Source: Pseudomonadota bacterium (lineage in GTDB: Bacteria; Pseudomonadota; Gammaproteobacteria; Burkholderiales; SG8-39). From it: DNA of 64,000 nucleotides. The number at the start of each line of letters is the position of its first letter. Positions within the stretch are counted from its first letter, which is position 1. The stretch is from NCBI GenBank assembly GCA_031376265.1, contig JANMDK010000353.1, positions 16,193 through 80,192 on the forward strand, written 5' to 3'. Of this stretch, positions 24,496 through 35,057 are shown piece by piece. Made by a program: the position numbers and the translations under genes. The notes below the pieces were generated by a model. That model was not told the origin of the DNA. It saw nothing but the letters and a program-made list of their open reading frames with translations, and made no database searches.

Positions 24496-25404
24496 TCAGC
24501 CCGGCGCGTTTCGCTTGGCCGCCTCGCGCGCCTCGATGGCGGCATGGCGCTCCAGCAGCCGGCGGGCGCGATTGACAACCGGCACGTCGATCATCTTGCC
24601 TTCCAGCGCGAACGAGGCCCGGCCCGCGGCCTCGGCTGTGACATTTTCCTCAATTACGCGCTTTGCAAAGGCGATTTCGCCGGCCGACGGCGTGTATTCG
24701 GTGTTTACGATCGGCACCTGGCCCGGATGAATGCAGCCTGCGCCCAAGAAGCCGAACTGGCGCGACCGCCGGACCATGGCCCCGAAAGCCGCCCAGTCGC
24801 CGAAGCCGGCCACGCTGGCGATGAACCCGAGCGGCATCAGGCCGGCCGAACGCGCCGCGAAGACCATCTGCTGCTTGGGCATGAGAAGCGTCTCCTCCAC
24901 CGGTGCCATGCCGTTTTCCAGCGCGAAATCCTCCCCGCCGATATTCATGGCCGCGAGGCGAGGCACCGCCTGCGCGATTTCGCTCATGCGAAAAAATGCC
25001 TGGGGGGTTTCGACCATCGCGATGAAGCGCGTGTGCCCCGCCTTGAGGCCGCGCCGCACTTCGAGCTCGCCGACCAGCTCGTCCAGCAGGCGCAGGTGAT
25101 CCGCGCCCTGCGCCTTGGTGACCGCAATGCCGTCGACTTCCGGCCCGATCGAGGCTTCGAGGTCGCGCACCGCCATGTCCAGCGGGCGGTTGATGCGCAC
25201 CACCACATCCGCACCGCCGCGCCGCACGCGCGAAGCGGCCTTGGCAACGAGGGTGCGCGCGCTGTCCTTCTCCGCGGCCGGCACGCTGTCCTCGAGATCC
25301 AGCTGGATGCAGTCGGCGCCGCGCGCATGCGCTTTGTCGACGTACTTCTCGACGTTCACCGGGACGTACATCAGCGAACGCCAGACTGGCAGGCCGGGTT
25401 TCAT
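24496..25404 (-). CDS. HpcH/HpaI aldolase - citrate lyase beta (CitE)-like acyl-CoA lyase
   Basis: 302 aa. SLMYVPVN...CIQLDLEDSV...VRIN...IAMVETP pattern of CitE/malyl-CoA lyase-type enzymes. 4-nt overlap with the upstream CoA-transferase. Confidence 0.8.
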   Translation of the reverse strand: MKPGLPVWRSLMYVPVNVEKYVDKAHARGADCIQLDLEDSVPAAEKDSARTLVAKAASRVRRGGADVVVRINRPLDMAVRDLEASIGPEVDGIAVTKAQGADHLRLLDELVGELEVRRGLKAGHTRFIAMVETPQAFFRMSEIAQAVPRLAAMNIGGEDFALENGMAPVEETLLMPKQQMVFAARSAGLMPLGFIASVAGFGDWAAFGAMVRRSRQFGFLGAGCIHPGQVPIVNTEYTPSAGEIAFAKRVIEENVTAEAAGRASFALEGKMIDVPVVNRARRLLERHAAIEAREAAKRNAPG

Positions 25405-26660
25405 TCGTCTTCTCCTTTGATTGCATCCCGCGCGCCTTCGCAGACAGCCCCGGAAGCGAGCAGCGCGTCGTACCGCGCACCATCCACGCCGACGGCGGCC
25501 AGCAACTCGCGGTTGTGTTCGCCGAGCGCCGGCGCCGGCGTGCGGATGGTGCCCGGCGTGCGCGAGAGCCTCGGGACCACGTGGTGCATCGGCATCGCGC
25601 CCATCTCTGCGTCCGGGTAGTCGGCAACGACTTCCCTTTCGAGCACATGCGGATCGTCGAGGATCTGCGCAATGTCGTAGATCGGCCCGATCGTGACCTC
25701 GGCCGCCTCGAAAAAGCCCACGTTTTCCGCCTGCGTGCGCTCGGCGATAAAAGCGCCGAGGATCGCATCCAGCGCCGCGCGATTTTGAACGCGCGCATCA
25801 TTGGTGCTGTAGCTGGGATCGTCGACGAGATCGTCGCGGCCGATCGAGCGGAACAGGCGCTCCGCCATTTTCTGCGTCGAGGCCGAGAGGCAAACCCACA
25901 ACCCGTCGCTCGTGCGATAGGCATTGCGCGGGCCTGAATTGGTCGACCCGCTGCCGACGCGCGGCTTGACCTTCCCGGTCAGGCGGAAATTGGCCGCCTG
26001 CGGACCGAGCACCGCGAACAGGGGATCGAACAGCGGCAGGTCGATCACCTGCCCGGCTCCCTTGTTGGTTTCGACTTCGCGCAACGCCATCATCACGGCC
26101 GACGCGCCATACAGGCCCGCGACGCTGTCGGCGAGATACATCGGCGGCAGCACCGGCTCGCGGTCGGCGAAGCCGTTCATCGACGCGAACCCCGACATGC
26201 CTTCGACGAGCGTGCCGAACCCCGGCCGGCTTTTATACGGCCCGCTCTGGCCCCATCCGGAGATGCGAACGATCACGAGTTTCGGATTGGCTTCGAGCAG
26301 CCGCTCGGGCGCGAGGCCCATCTTTTCGAGCGTGCCCGGGCGAAAGCTCTCGACCAGCACCGCGGCGCCCGCCACGAGTTGCAGCAGCAGCTCACGCGCC
26401 TTCGGGTTGCGCAGCTCGAGCCCGAGGCTCTTCTTGTTGCGCGCGTAGATTTTCCAGTTGGTGGCGACGTTGCGGGTTTTCCACGCACGCAGCGTGTCGC
26501 CCGCCGGAGGTTCGATCTTGATCACTTCAGCGCCAAAGTCGCCAAGCAGTTGCGTCAACGTATTCCCGGCCACGAGGCGCGACAGGTCCAGCACCCGCAC
26601 GCCATCGAGCGGGCCGCTCGCATCGCGAACGTAATCGCGTTTTTTCGGGGAGGCTCGCAA
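25401..26660 (-). CDS. family III CoA-transferase (CaiB/BaiF type)
   Basis: PLDGVRVLDLSRLVAGNTLTQLLGDFGAEVIKIEPP signature. There is no in-frame ATG before the conserved N-terminus, so TTG at 26660 is the likely start. Confidence 0.8.
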   Translation of the reverse strand: MRASPKKRDYVRDASGPLDGVRVLDLSRLVAGNTLTQLLGDFGAEVIKIEPPAGDTLRAWKTRNVATNWKIYARNKKSLGLELRNPKARELLLQLVAGAAVLVESFRPGTLEKMGLAPERLLEANPKLVIVRISGWGQSGPYKSRPGFGTLVEGMSGFASMNGFADREPVLPPMYLADSVAGLYGASAVMMALREVETNKGAGQVIDLPLFDPLFAVLGPQAANFRLTGKVKPRVGSGSTNSGPRNAYRTSDGLWVCLSASTQKMAERLFRSIGRDDLVDDPSYSTNDARVQNRAALDAILGAFIAERTQAENVGFFEAAEVTIGPIYDIAQILDDPHVLEREVVADYPDAEMGAMPMHHVVPRLSRTPGTIRTPAPALGEHNRELLAAVGVDGARYDALLASGAVCEGARDAIKGEDE

Positions 26661-26671
26661 GGACTTGCCGG

Positions 26672-26890
26672 CTAGTCGGATTGGATGCCCGCGACCGGTT
26701 GGCCGAGGCCATCCGCAAGTTTCCTGCCGATGGCGCGAGCGAAGAGGTCGTTAGAGCCGCCCGGGGGATACGGCACGACAAACTGGATCGGGCGGGCGGG
26801 GAATTTCGGTTGCGCCTGCGCGATCGGCGCGATCAGGATCAGCGTCATCGCCAAGGAAAGACCCATCGGCGTTAGAAACAGTCTCGTCAT
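26672..26890 (-). pseudogene. truncated Bug/TctC-family binding-protein gene (N-terminal 72 codons only)
   Basis: Signal peptide plus FPARPIQFVVPYPPGGSNDLFARAIGRKLADGLGQPV, the conserved Bug N-terminus. The sequence then diverges and stops (AGIQSD*) 11 nt before the CoA-transferase start. Full-length paralogues in this window are about 330 aa. Confidence 0.65.
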
Positions 26891-26967
26891 CGCGTTGCCA
26901 ATTCGGAAAAACTAATTGCCATGTGAGCCGCTATCTGCTTGATTCTATCCAAAAATAAGTTGGACAT

Positions 26968-29553
26968 TTAAGCGCCCTTCCCGACTAACCGCCTCTCGCG
27001 TGCGCGCTGCAGCAGCCAGATCATCACGACGAGAAGCGTTGCCGGAAGGAAAACCCAGTAGGGCGAAGGCCGGGCCGGATTCGGCAGCTTGATCTCCACG
27101 ATCTTGTATCCCTGCTCGACACCGAGCTTCTTCGCTCGGCTGCCGAACTTCACGCTGGCCACTTCGATGTCCTCGCCCAGCGCAGCCAGGGTCACGCCGC
27201 CGGCGCGAAGGCGCTCGCGGCCATTGGCGCCTTCGCCAAGCGGCAGCGCCACGGTCTTGCGGATCGCCTTGCCTTCGATCGATTCCCCCGCGATGGTCAC
27301 CGCGAGCCACTCGTCGGCCTGGAGCCTGTCCGCCTGCTTGTAAAGCTGGCTGGCGGGCAGGGTCTCGTATTTGGGATGGAACCGGTCGATCACCCAGTCC
27401 GGCCGGAAGAAGAGGAAGGTCGCAACGAGCAGCAGGCCGATCTCGAGCCACGTGCAGCGTGTGCGGAACCAGCCCATCGTGGCGGCCGCGAAAAGAAGCG
27501 ATGCGATCGTCGCGCTGATGGCCACCACCACGATCTCAAGCCACGAGCCGACGCCGATCAGCAGGATCTGCGGGTTGAAGATGAAGACGAAAGGCAGGAT
27601 CGCGGTGCGAAAGCTGTACCACGTGGCCTGCAGGCCGGTCGCGTTCGGGTCGTCGCCTGAAATCGCCGCCGCCGCATAGGACGCCAGCCCGACCGGTGGC
27701 GTCACGTCGGCCATGATGCCGAAATAGAACACGAAGAGGTGCACCGCGATCAGAGGGATCACGAGATCGCTGCGCGCACCTAGCTCGACGATTACCGGCG
27801 CCATGAGCGTGGCGACCAGGATGTAGTTCGCCGTGGTGGGCACGCCCGCGCCGATCAGCAGGCAGATCACCGCCGTCAGCACAAGCATCACGAGGACGTT
27901 GCCGGCCGAAATCTGCTCGACGAAGTCGGTCATCATGAGTCCCATGCCGGTCAGCGTGATCACGCCGACGATAAGTCCGGCGCTCGCGCAGGCCACGCCG
28001 ATGCCGATCATGCTGCGCGCGCCGAGCACCAGCCCCTTCCAAAGATCTCCAAGGCCCTTCTTCCACCCGGCCGCGACCTGCCCAGTGCGGCGGAAAAACG
28101 CCAGCAACGCCGGCTGGATGACGACCAACACGATGGCCGTCGCCGTCGCCCAGAAAGCCGAGGTGCCAGGCGAAAGCTCCTCGACCATGAGGCACCAGAG
28201 CAGCACGACGATCGGGATGAAGAAGTGCGCGCCCGCGCGCACCGTCGGCCAGGGCTCGGGAAGGTGCAGGACCGGCGCAAGCGGATCGTCCTGGGGGATG
28301 TCCGGGAAACGCGCCGAGTACGCGAGCAGGCCGACATAGGTAACCAGCGTGAGGGCGGCGAGCGCCCAGGCGGCATCTTCCGCGAAGACCCAGCGCACCG
28401 CGGTGATGCCGTAGTAGACGAGCGCCAGGGCCGCGAAGGTGCCGCTGACGCCCAGGGCCCAGCCGAGGATCCGCTGTTTCGGGGTTCGCACGTAGCCGCG
28501 CGGAATGGTCTTGAGGTCGTACTTGAGCGCCTCGAGGTGCACGATATAGAAAAGCGCGATATACGAAATGATCGCCGGCAGCGCCGCGTGCTTGCAGATC
28601 TCCGGATAAGGGATGCCTACGTACTCGACCATGAGGAACGCCGCGGCGCCCATCACGGGCGGCATCAACTGCCCATTGATCGACGAGGCCGCCTCGATCG
28701 CGCCGGCCTTGACGCCCGAATAGCCGGTGCGCTTCATGAGCGGGATCGTGAAGATGCCGCCCGAAACCACGTTCGAAACCGAGGAGCCCGAGACCACGCC
28801 GTTCAGCGCCGAGGACACCACCGCCACCTTGGCGGGCCCGCCGCGCAGGTGGCCGAGCAGCGCGATCGACACCTGCATCATGTAGTTGCCCGCGCCCGCA
28901 ATGTCGAGCAGCGTGCCGAAAAGCACGAAGAGGAAGATGAACTGCACCGAAACGCCGAGCGCGACGCCGTACACGCCTTCGGTCGTCAGCCACATGTGCG
29001 ACACGAAGCGCTGCACCGTCGCGCCCTTGTGCTGGATCACCTCCGGCATCAGCGGGCCAGCGAAGATGTAGATGAGGAAGAGTCCGGTCGTGACCAGCAT
29101 CCCCATGCCCATTGCACGGCGCGTCGCCTCGAGCATGATGCCGATGCCGATCAGGCCGACCGTCATGTCCATGGTCGTGGGCTTGCCGGGACGCGTCGCG
29201 AGCTCGTTGTAGTAAAGGTAGAGGTAGGCCGCGCAGAAGGCGCCGATGACGGCCAGCACCCAGTCGGCCGCAGGCACCACCTTGCGGGACGAAGACTTGA
29301 ACGCGGGAAAAGCGGCGAAGGCGAGAAACACCGAGAACGCGAGGTGCACGGCGCGCGCCTCCGTGTCGTTGAAGATGCCGACCCCGAATACGAAAGGCAG
29401 GGGCGAGGCGTACCAGATCTGGAAAATCGACCAGGCCGCGGCGACCAGCGCAAGGAAAGTGCCGACCGCGCCGATCGGCTCCCGTCCGCCGACGTCGGCT
29501 TCCTTGACGAGCTGTTCGAGATCGGTTGCCGCCACTGCAGCTGGCTGGCTCAT
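26968..29553 (-). CDS. TAXI-type TRAP transporter, fused small/large permease with C-terminal extra domain
   Basis: 861-aa polytopic protein with DctQ/DctM-like fused architecture, located immediately downstream of a TAXI binding protein. Confidence 0.85.
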   Translation of the reverse strand: MSQPAAVAATDLEQLVKEADVGGREPIGAVGTFLALVAAAWSIFQIWYASPLPFVFGVGIFNDTEARAVHLAFSVFLAFAAFPAFKSSSRKVVPAADWVLAVIGAFCAAYLYLYYNELATRPGKPTTMDMTVGLIGIGIMLEATRRAMGMGMLVTTGLFLIYIFAGPLMPEVIQHKGATVQRFVSHMWLTTEGVYGVALGVSVQFIFLFVLFGTLLDIAGAGNYMMQVSIALLGHLRGGPAKVAVVSSALNGVVSGSSVSNVVSGGIFTIPLMKRTGYSGVKAGAIEAASSINGQLMPPVMGAAAFLMVEYVGIPYPEICKHAALPAIISYIALFYIVHLEALKYDLKTIPRGYVRTPKQRILGWALGVSGTFAALALVYYGITAVRWVFAEDAAWALAALTLVTYVGLLAYSARFPDIPQDDPLAPVLHLPEPWPTVRAGAHFFIPIVVLLWCLMVEELSPGTSAFWATATAIVLVVIQPALLAFFRRTGQVAAGWKKGLGDLWKGLVLGARSMIGIGVACASAGLIVGVITLTGMGLMMTDFVEQISAGNVLVMLVLTAVICLLIGAGVPTTANYILVATLMAPVIVELGARSDLVIPLIAVHLFVFYFGIMADVTPPVGLASYAAAAISGDDPNATGLQATWYSFRTAILPFVFIFNPQILLIGVGSWLEIVVVAISATIASLLFAAATMGWFRTRCTWLEIGLLLVATFLFFRPDWVIDRFHPKYETLPASQLYKQADRLQADEWLAVTIAGESIEGKAIRKTVALPLGEGANGRERLRAGGVTLAALGEDIEVASVKFGSRAKKLGVEQGYKIVEIKLPNPARPSPYWVFLPATLLVVMIWLLQRARERRLVGKGA

Positions 29554-29566
29554 GCCAGGCTCCCTG

Positions 29567-29600
29567 AAAACAAAAAGGGCGGAACTCTCATTCCGCCCTT
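29567..29600 (-). terminator. intercistronic intrinsic terminator/attenuator between the TAXI binding-protein and permease genes
   Basis: On the minus strand: AAGGGCGGAA-TGAGAG-TTCCGCCCTT followed by TTTGTTTTC, then GGGAG and the permease ATG. Confidence 0.6.
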
Positions 29601-29620
29601 GTTACCACCTGATGCCCGGC

Positions 29621-30589
29621 TTACTTGAGCCAGCCTTTTTCCTTGTAATACCGAACGGCGCCTTCATGCAGCGGTGCCGAGAGGCCGTCCTTGATCATGC
29701 TTTGCGGCGAGAGGATCGCCAAGGCCGGGTGCAGTTTCTTGAATTCGTCGAAGTTGTCGAAGACGCCTTTGACGACTGCGTAGACCGTATCGGCCGGGAC
29801 CTTGCTCGAGGACACCATCGTGGCGAGGACGCCATAGGTTTTCGTATCGGCAGTGTTTGCAGGATAGAGGCCGCCCGGAATCGTCGCGTAGGCGTAGTAG
29901 GGCTTTTCCTTCACCAACTTGTCGACCGCGGGCCCGGTGACCGACACCAGCTTCGCGCCGCAGGACGTGGTCGGGTCCTGGATGTTGGCCGACGGGTGGC
30001 CCACGCCGTAGAAGAATCCGTCGATCTTGCCGTCGCAGAGCGCGGCGCCATGCTCATCGGCCTTGAGCTCCGAGGCGAGCGAGAAATCGCCGAGCTTCCA
30101 GCCCATCGCGCCCAGCAGCTCCTCCATCGAGGCGCGCGTGCCCGAGCCCGGGTTGCCGACGTTGAACTTCCTGCCCTTGAAGTCGGCAAACGTCTTGATG
30201 TTGGCCTCCTTGCGCGCCAGCACCGTGAAGGGCTCCGGGTGCAGCGAGAACACCGAGCGAAGGTCGGAATGCGCGCCGTCCTTGAATTGCGCGAGCCCCT
30301 TGACCGCGTTGTACTGCACGTCCGACTGGGTCGCGCCGAGATCGAGCTCGCCGGCCTTGATGGTGTTGACGTTGAACACCGAGCCGCCGGTCGATTCGAC
30401 CGAGCAGCGGATGTTGTGCACCTTGCGGTCCTTGTTGACCAGGCGGCAGATCGCGCCGCCGGCCGCGTAGTACACGCCGGTGACGCCGCCGGTGCCGATC
30501 GTGACGTACTTCTGCTGCGCATGCGCTGCCGGAACGGCAAAAGCGACGGCGGCGGCAAGCGCGGCCGCGCAATGGATGGCTCTGACCAT
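29621..30589 (-). CDS. TAXI-family TRAP transporter solute-binding protein
   Basis: 322 aa. Signal peptide, then [25 protein letters not shown], typical of TAXI receptors. Confidence 0.85.
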   Translation of the reverse strand: MVRAIHCAAALAAAVAFAVPAAHAQQKYVTIGTGGVTGVYYAAGGAICRLVNKDRKVHNIRCSVESTGGSVFNVNTIKAGELDLGATQSDVQYNAVKGLAQFKDGAHSDLRSVFSLHPEPFTVLARKEANIKTFADFKGRKFNVGNPGSGTRASMEELLGAMGWKLGDFSLASELKADEHGAALCDGKIDGFFYGVGHPSANIQDPTTSCGAKLVSVTGPAVDKLVKEKPYYAYATIPGGLYPANTADTKTYGVLATMVSSSKVPADTVYAVVKGVFDNFDEFKKLHPALAILSPQSMIKDGLSAPLHEGAVRYYKEKGWLK

Positions 30590-30636
30590 GGACGACTCCC
30601 CTGAGAATTCGAGCGGAAAGCTTATAGAACCGTGTC

Positions 30637-31980
30637 CTAGGCGGCAAGCGCGGCCGGCAGGCCGAGCGTCGTCGCGAGGGCTTTCGAAAATTTCTCGACC
30701 AGCTCGTCGAGCTGCTTTTCCTCAACGATGAAAGGCGGCGCAAAAAGCACATGATCGCCTTGCACGCCATCCAGGGTGCCGCCCATGGGGTAGCACAAGA
30801 GGCCGGCTTCCAAGGAGGCTTTCTTGAGGCGCACATTGACCTTACGCGCCGCGTCGAACGGCCTTTTGCTCGCGCGATCCTCGACCAGCTCGATCGCGCG
30901 GAAAAGGCCGCGCCCGCGGATTTCGCCCACGTGCGGGTGCTTGCCGAACGCGGAGCGCAGCTTCTTTTCCAGCAGCTCACCCATCGGCTTCACCCTGGCG
31001 AGGAGGCCGTCCTCGTGCAGGCGCTTTTGCACCGCGAGCGCGCCGGCGCAGGCGGCGGCGTGGCCGAGATAAGTGTGGCCGTGCTGGAAGAATCCGCTGC
31101 CGCCGACGATCGCCTCGTAGACCTTGCGCGTGGCGATCACCGCGCCGATCGGCTGGTAGCCTGCGCCAAGCCCTTTAGCGATGCAAACGAGGTCCGGCAC
31201 GACGCCCTCGGCTTCGAAAGTGAAGAGCTCGCCGCACCGGCCCATGCCGCACATCACCTCATCGAGGATCAGCAGCACGCCGTACTTGTCGCAGACCTCG
31301 CGCACCCGCCGGAGGTAGCCCGCCACCGGCGCGACTGCGCCGAGCGTGGCGCCGACGACGGTCTCGGCAACGAAGGCGATCACCTTGTCGGCGCCGAGGC
31401 GCAGGATTTCGGTTTCGAGCTCCGCAGCCAGCCGGGCACCGTAAGCCTCGTCCGATTCAGCGGCCAGCTTGCCGCGATAGGCGTAGCACGGCGACACATG
31501 CGAGACGTCGATCAGCAGGGGCTCGAACTGCTTACGGCGCCACGCGTTGCCGCCGACTGCAAGCGCGCCGAGCGTGTTGCCGTGATAGCTGCCGCGCCGG
31601 GCGATGATGTGCTCGCGCTGCGGCTCGCCCTTCTCGACGAAATACTGGCGTGCAAGTTTGAGCGCGGCCTCGACCGCCTCGGACCCGCCGGACACGAAAT
31701 ACACGCGGTCGAAAGCGGCGGGCGAGCGGCGGATGAGCTCGTCGGCGAGCGCTTCCATCGGCTCGTTGGTGAAGAACGACGTGTGCGCGAAGGGCAGCCG
31801 CTCGAGCTGCGCCTCGATGGCTTCGACCACGGCCCGGTCCGTATGGCCGAGGCAGGAAACGGCCGCCCCGCCCGAGGCATCGAGGTAGCGCTTGCCTTCG
31901 CGGTCGACGATATAGGCGCCGTCGCCGCGAACCGCGACCGGATACTCGTTTTTCGGGTTGCGATGGAAGACGTGGCTCAT
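30637..31980 (-). CDS. class III (omega-type) pyridoxal-phosphate aminotransferase
   Basis: 447 aa. [28 protein letters not shown], and the catalytic Lys context [14 protein letters not shown]. Confidence 0.85.
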   Translation of the reverse strand: MSHVFHRNPKNEYPVAVRGDGAYIVDREGKRYLDASGGAAVSCLGHTDRAVVEAIEAQLERLPFAHTSFFTNEPMEALADELIRRSPAAFDRVYFVSGGSEAVEAALKLARQYFVEKGEPQREHIIARRGSYHGNTLGALAVGGNAWRRKQFEPLLIDVSHVSPCYAYRGKLAAESDEAYGARLAAELETEILRLGADKVIAFVAETVVGATLGAVAPVAGYLRRVREVCDKYGVLLILDEVMCGMGRCGELFTFEAEGVVPDLVCIAKGLGAGYQPIGAVIATRKVYEAIVGGSGFFQHGHTYLGHAAACAGALAVQKRLHEDGLLARVKPMGELLEKKLRSAFGKHPHVGEIRGRGLFRAIELVEDRASKRPFDAARKVNVRLKKASLEAGLLCYPMGGTLDGVQGDHVLFAPPFIVEEKQLDELVEKFSKALATTLGLPAALAA

Positions 31981-31995
31981 GCGACCCCTTTCTTT

Positions 31996-33825
31996 CTAGG
32001 CGGCGAGTTTCTCGTGCAAGAGCGTGCGGCGCGTTTCCAGCTCGCGCGGCAGGTGGCTGCCGAGCTTGCCGAGCAATTCGTCGTGCGAGTGCAACTCCTC
32101 GGCCCAGGCGTCATGCTCGACTTCGCTCAGTTCGGCGTACTGGTCGCGGGTGAATTTCTCCAGGCCCTTCCACGACAGGTCCTCGTAGCGCGGCATGATC
32201 CCGAGCGGCGTCGGGATGCCCTTGGCGGTCCCCTCGCATCGCTCGACGATCCATTGCAGCACGCGCATGTTCTCGCCGAAGCCGGGCCAGATGAATTTGC
32301 CGTTTGCGTCGCGGCGGAACCAGTTGACGCGGAAAATCTTGGGCGGCTTCGAGACGGCTTTGCCCACCTTGAGCCAGTGGGCGAAATAGTCGCCGATGTT
32401 GTAACCGCAGAACGCGAGCATCGCCATCGGGTCGCGGCGCACGACGCCGACCTTGCCGGTGATTGCCGCGGTGGTTTCGGAGCCCAGCGTTGCAGCCATG
32501 TAGACGCCGTCTTCCCAACTGGGCGCTTCGACGACCAGCGGCACGGTGGACGAGCGGCGTCCGCCGAACAGGAAAGCCGAGATCGGCACGCCGGCCGGGT
32601 CTTCCCACTCGGCGTCCATCGAGGGGCACTGCGATGCCGGCACGGTGAACCGGGCATTGGCATGCGCGGCGAGTTGTCCGCTCGCGGGGGTCCACTCTTT
32701 GCCCTGCCAGTCGATCAGCTTCGGCGGCGGGACCTCGGTCATGCCTTCCCACCACACGTCCCCGTCCGGCGTCAGCGCAACGTTGGTGAAGATCACGTTC
32801 GAGCGCAACGTCCGCATCGCGTTCGGGTTGGTGGCCTCCGAGGTGCCCGGGGCGACGCCGAAGAAACCGGCTTCCGGGTTGATTGCGTAGAACCGCCCAT
32901 CCTTGCCGGGCTTGAGCCAGGCGATGTCCTCGCCCACGGTGGTGATCTTCCAGCCGGCGTGGCTCGGCGGCGGGATCAGCATCGCAAAGTTGGTCTTGCC
33001 GCAGGCCGAGGGGAACGCGGCCGAGACGTAATGCTTCTCGCCCTTGGGCGACTCGACGCCAAGGATCAGCATGTGCTCGGCAAGCCAGCCTTCGTCGTGC
33101 GCCATGATCGAGGCGATGCGCAAAGCGAGGCATTTCTTGCCGAGCAGCGCGTTGCCGCCATAGCCCGAGCCAAAAGACCAGATCTCGCGCGTCTCGGGAA
33201 AGTGCACGATCCACTTTTCCTGGTCGTTGCAGGGCCAGGGGACGTCCTTCTCGCCGGCGGCCAGCGGCGCGCCGACCGAATGAACGCAAGGCACGTAAGC
33301 CCCGTCCTCGCCCAGGTGGTCGACGACGGCCCGGCCCATTCGCGTCATCATGCGCATGTTGACTACGACGTAGGCCGAATCCGAGATCTCGACGCCGACC
33401 TGCGCAATGTGCGAGCCGATCGGGCCCATCGAGAAAGGAATCACGTACATCGTGCGGCCCCGCATGCACCCGTCGAAGAGGCCGTTCAGCGTGCCGCGCA
33501 TCTCGGCCGGATCCATCCAGTTGTTCGTCGGGCCGGCGTCATCCTTGCGCGCGCTGCAGATGAAGGTGCGGTCTTCCATGCGCGCAACGTCGGTCGGGTG
33601 CGAGCGCGCGAGATAACTGCCGGGGCGCAGCTTCTCGTTCAGCCTGAGGAAAGTCCCGGCATCGACCAGTTCGCCGCAGAGGCGGTCGTTTTCTTCGGCC
33701 GAGCCGTCGCACCACACTACGCGCTCGGGCTTGGTCAGCCGCGCGACCTCCGCCACCCATTCGCGCAAGCGTCGGTGGCGTACATAGGCGGGGGCGTTGG
33801 CGAGATCCGTACTCGGGTGGTCCAT
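31996..33825 (-). CDS. pckG: phosphoenolpyruvate carboxykinase (GTP)
   Basis: GTP-PEPCK sequence throughout ([19 protein letters not shown]). Start at ATG 33825 (MDHPSTD); the ORF-track start at 33909 adds an unlikely extension. Confidence 0.93.
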   Translation of the reverse strand: MDHPSTDLANAPAYVRHRRLREWVAEVARLTKPERVVWCDGSAEENDRLCGELVDAGTFLRLNEKLRPGSYLARSHPTDVARMEDRTFICSARKDDAGPTNNWMDPAEMRGTLNGLFDGCMRGRTMYVIPFSMGPIGSHIAQVGVEISDSAYVVVNMRMMTRMGRAVVDHLGEDGAYVPCVHSVGAPLAAGEKDVPWPCNDQEKWIVHFPETREIWSFGSGYGGNALLGKKCLALRIASIMAHDEGWLAEHMLILGVESPKGEKHYVSAAFPSACGKTNFAMLIPPPSHAGWKITTVGEDIAWLKPGKDGRFYAINPEAGFFGVAPGTSEATNPNAMRTLRSNVIFTNVALTPDGDVWWEGMTEVPPPKLIDWQGKEWTPASGQLAAHANARFTVPASQCPSMDAEWEDPAGVPISAFLFGGRRSSTVPLVVEAPSWEDGVYMAATLGSETTAAITGKVGVVRRDPMAMLAFCGYNIGDYFAHWLKVGKAVSKPPKIFRVNWFRRDANGKFIWPGFGENMRVLQWIVERCEGTAKGIPTPLGIMPRYEDLSWKGLEKFTRDQYAELSEVEHDAWAEELHSHDELLGKLGSHLPRELETRRTLLHEKLAA

Positions 33826-33998
33826 CAAGTGCGCTCCAAAATGAAAACGGCCCTGGGCTGGCCGGGCCGATGATTTTGATTTCTGATGCGCTCGATTGTA
33901 GCAGCGCACCGTAAGGTGGCGTTAATCGCGGGCCACGCGCGAGGCTCGACGATGTTGCGCAGCAATCGCGTCGACAGAACTTGCAAAGCCTTGTTTGA

Positions 33999-35057
33999 TC
34001 AGGCCTTTCGATAACGCTCCGCAAGGCGGCGCGCAAGGCGGAACAAGCCGCCGGTACAAGTCACGAGGACGATGACCCGAGTCACATGCGCAGCCGTGAC
34101 CAGGGGCACGCCCAGCTGCAGGACCTTGGCCGTGATGCACATCTCCGCGATGCCGCCCGGTGCAGTGGCCAGCACGACGCTGGGCACCGGCAAGCCATAG
34201 AGCCACGCAAGCGCTGCGCCGAGTGCGCCTGCGAGCCCAAGCGCGAGCAGGATACTGGCGAGCGTTGCGGCGACGAAGCGCGGGACGCGGTCTAGAAAAC
34301 TGCGCTCGAAGCGGCTGCCAAGTGCGCATCCGATCAACAGCTGCCCGACGTTGGAGACCACCGCGGGCATCGCGGAAAAATTGATTTCGCAAACGGTGAG
34401 CGCGATCACGCTGAACAGCGCCCCCAGCATGAACGCATTCGGCGCTCGCAGCAGCGCCAGTGCGCCGGCGCCGGCGGTCGCGATCGCCAGTAATACGGCC
34501 AATCGCCACCAATCGAGGGTGGCGGTGGCCGGCACATAACTGTCTGCGCCGTGCACGCCGGAATACGTCAGCCCGAAGGGCACCACGATCACTACGGCCA
34601 GAATGCGCATCGATTGCGCGATCGCCACGCGGTCCACGCGCGCGCCGTAGCGCTCGGCAAGCAACGCCATCTCCGCGGCCCCGCCCGGCACGCTCGCAAA
34701 GAACGCGGTGGTGCGGTCGGTATCGGTCGCGCTTGAGAGGAACCACGCGCAGGCGCACGCGATGAGAATCGCGAGGACCGCGGCGAGCAGCAAGAGGTGC
34801 CAATAGGACAACACCTGTTGCGCGACGACGGGCGTGAAGTAGAGGCCGAGCGCGGTACCGATGATGACCTGGCCGATCGGGCGTGCGGCTTTTGGCGCGC
34901 GCAGCCGCGCGCCGCTGAAATTGAGCGCGGCCATCACGATCAGCGGGCCGATCATCCACGGCAGCGGGGTCCGCAGCCAGGCAAACAGCGCACCGGCCAT
35001 CGCGCACAGCGCGAGGCTGAGCAGGGGATTCAGCAGCGTGTCGCGCGCAGCCTTCAC
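33999..35057 (-). CDS. AbrB-family (putative ammonia monooxygenase-like) membrane protein
   Basis: 352-aa polytopic protein. N-terminal [19 protein letters not shown]...[14 protein letters not shown] pattern. GTGA overlap with the mnmE stop. Confidence 0.7.
   Translation of the reverse strand: MKAARDTLLNPLLSLALCAMAGALFAWLRTPLPWMIGPLIVMAALNFSGARLRAPKAARPIGQVIIGTALGLYFTPVVAQQVLSYWHLLLLAAVLAILIACACAWFLSSATDTDRTTAFFASVPGGAAEMALLAERYGARVDRVAIAQSMRILAVVIVVPFGLTYSGVHGADSYVPATATLDWWRLAVLLAIATAGAGALALLRAPNAFMLGALFSVIALTVCEINFSAMPAVVSNVGQLLIGCALGSRFERSFLDRVPRFVAATLASILLALGLAGALGAALAWLYGLPVPSVVLATAPGGIAEMCITAKVLQLGVPLVTAAHVTRVIVLVTCTGGLFRLARRLAERYRKA

Noticed and set aside
27598-27613. Possible third parS (TGTACCACGTGGCCTG) inside the TRAP permease gene
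   Set aside because: Only one half-site is good (about 10/14 of the palindromic core). This is likely a chance CACGTG occurrence in coding sequence.
30751-33873. 1040-aa ORF on the plus strand spanning the aminotransferase and pckG loci
   Set aside because: It lies entirely antisense to two genes with strong family signatures. Its composition is dominated by R/A/G/H/D/E/V, as expected for the reverse frame of GC3-rich genes, and it has no recognisable motifs. It is a shadow ORF.
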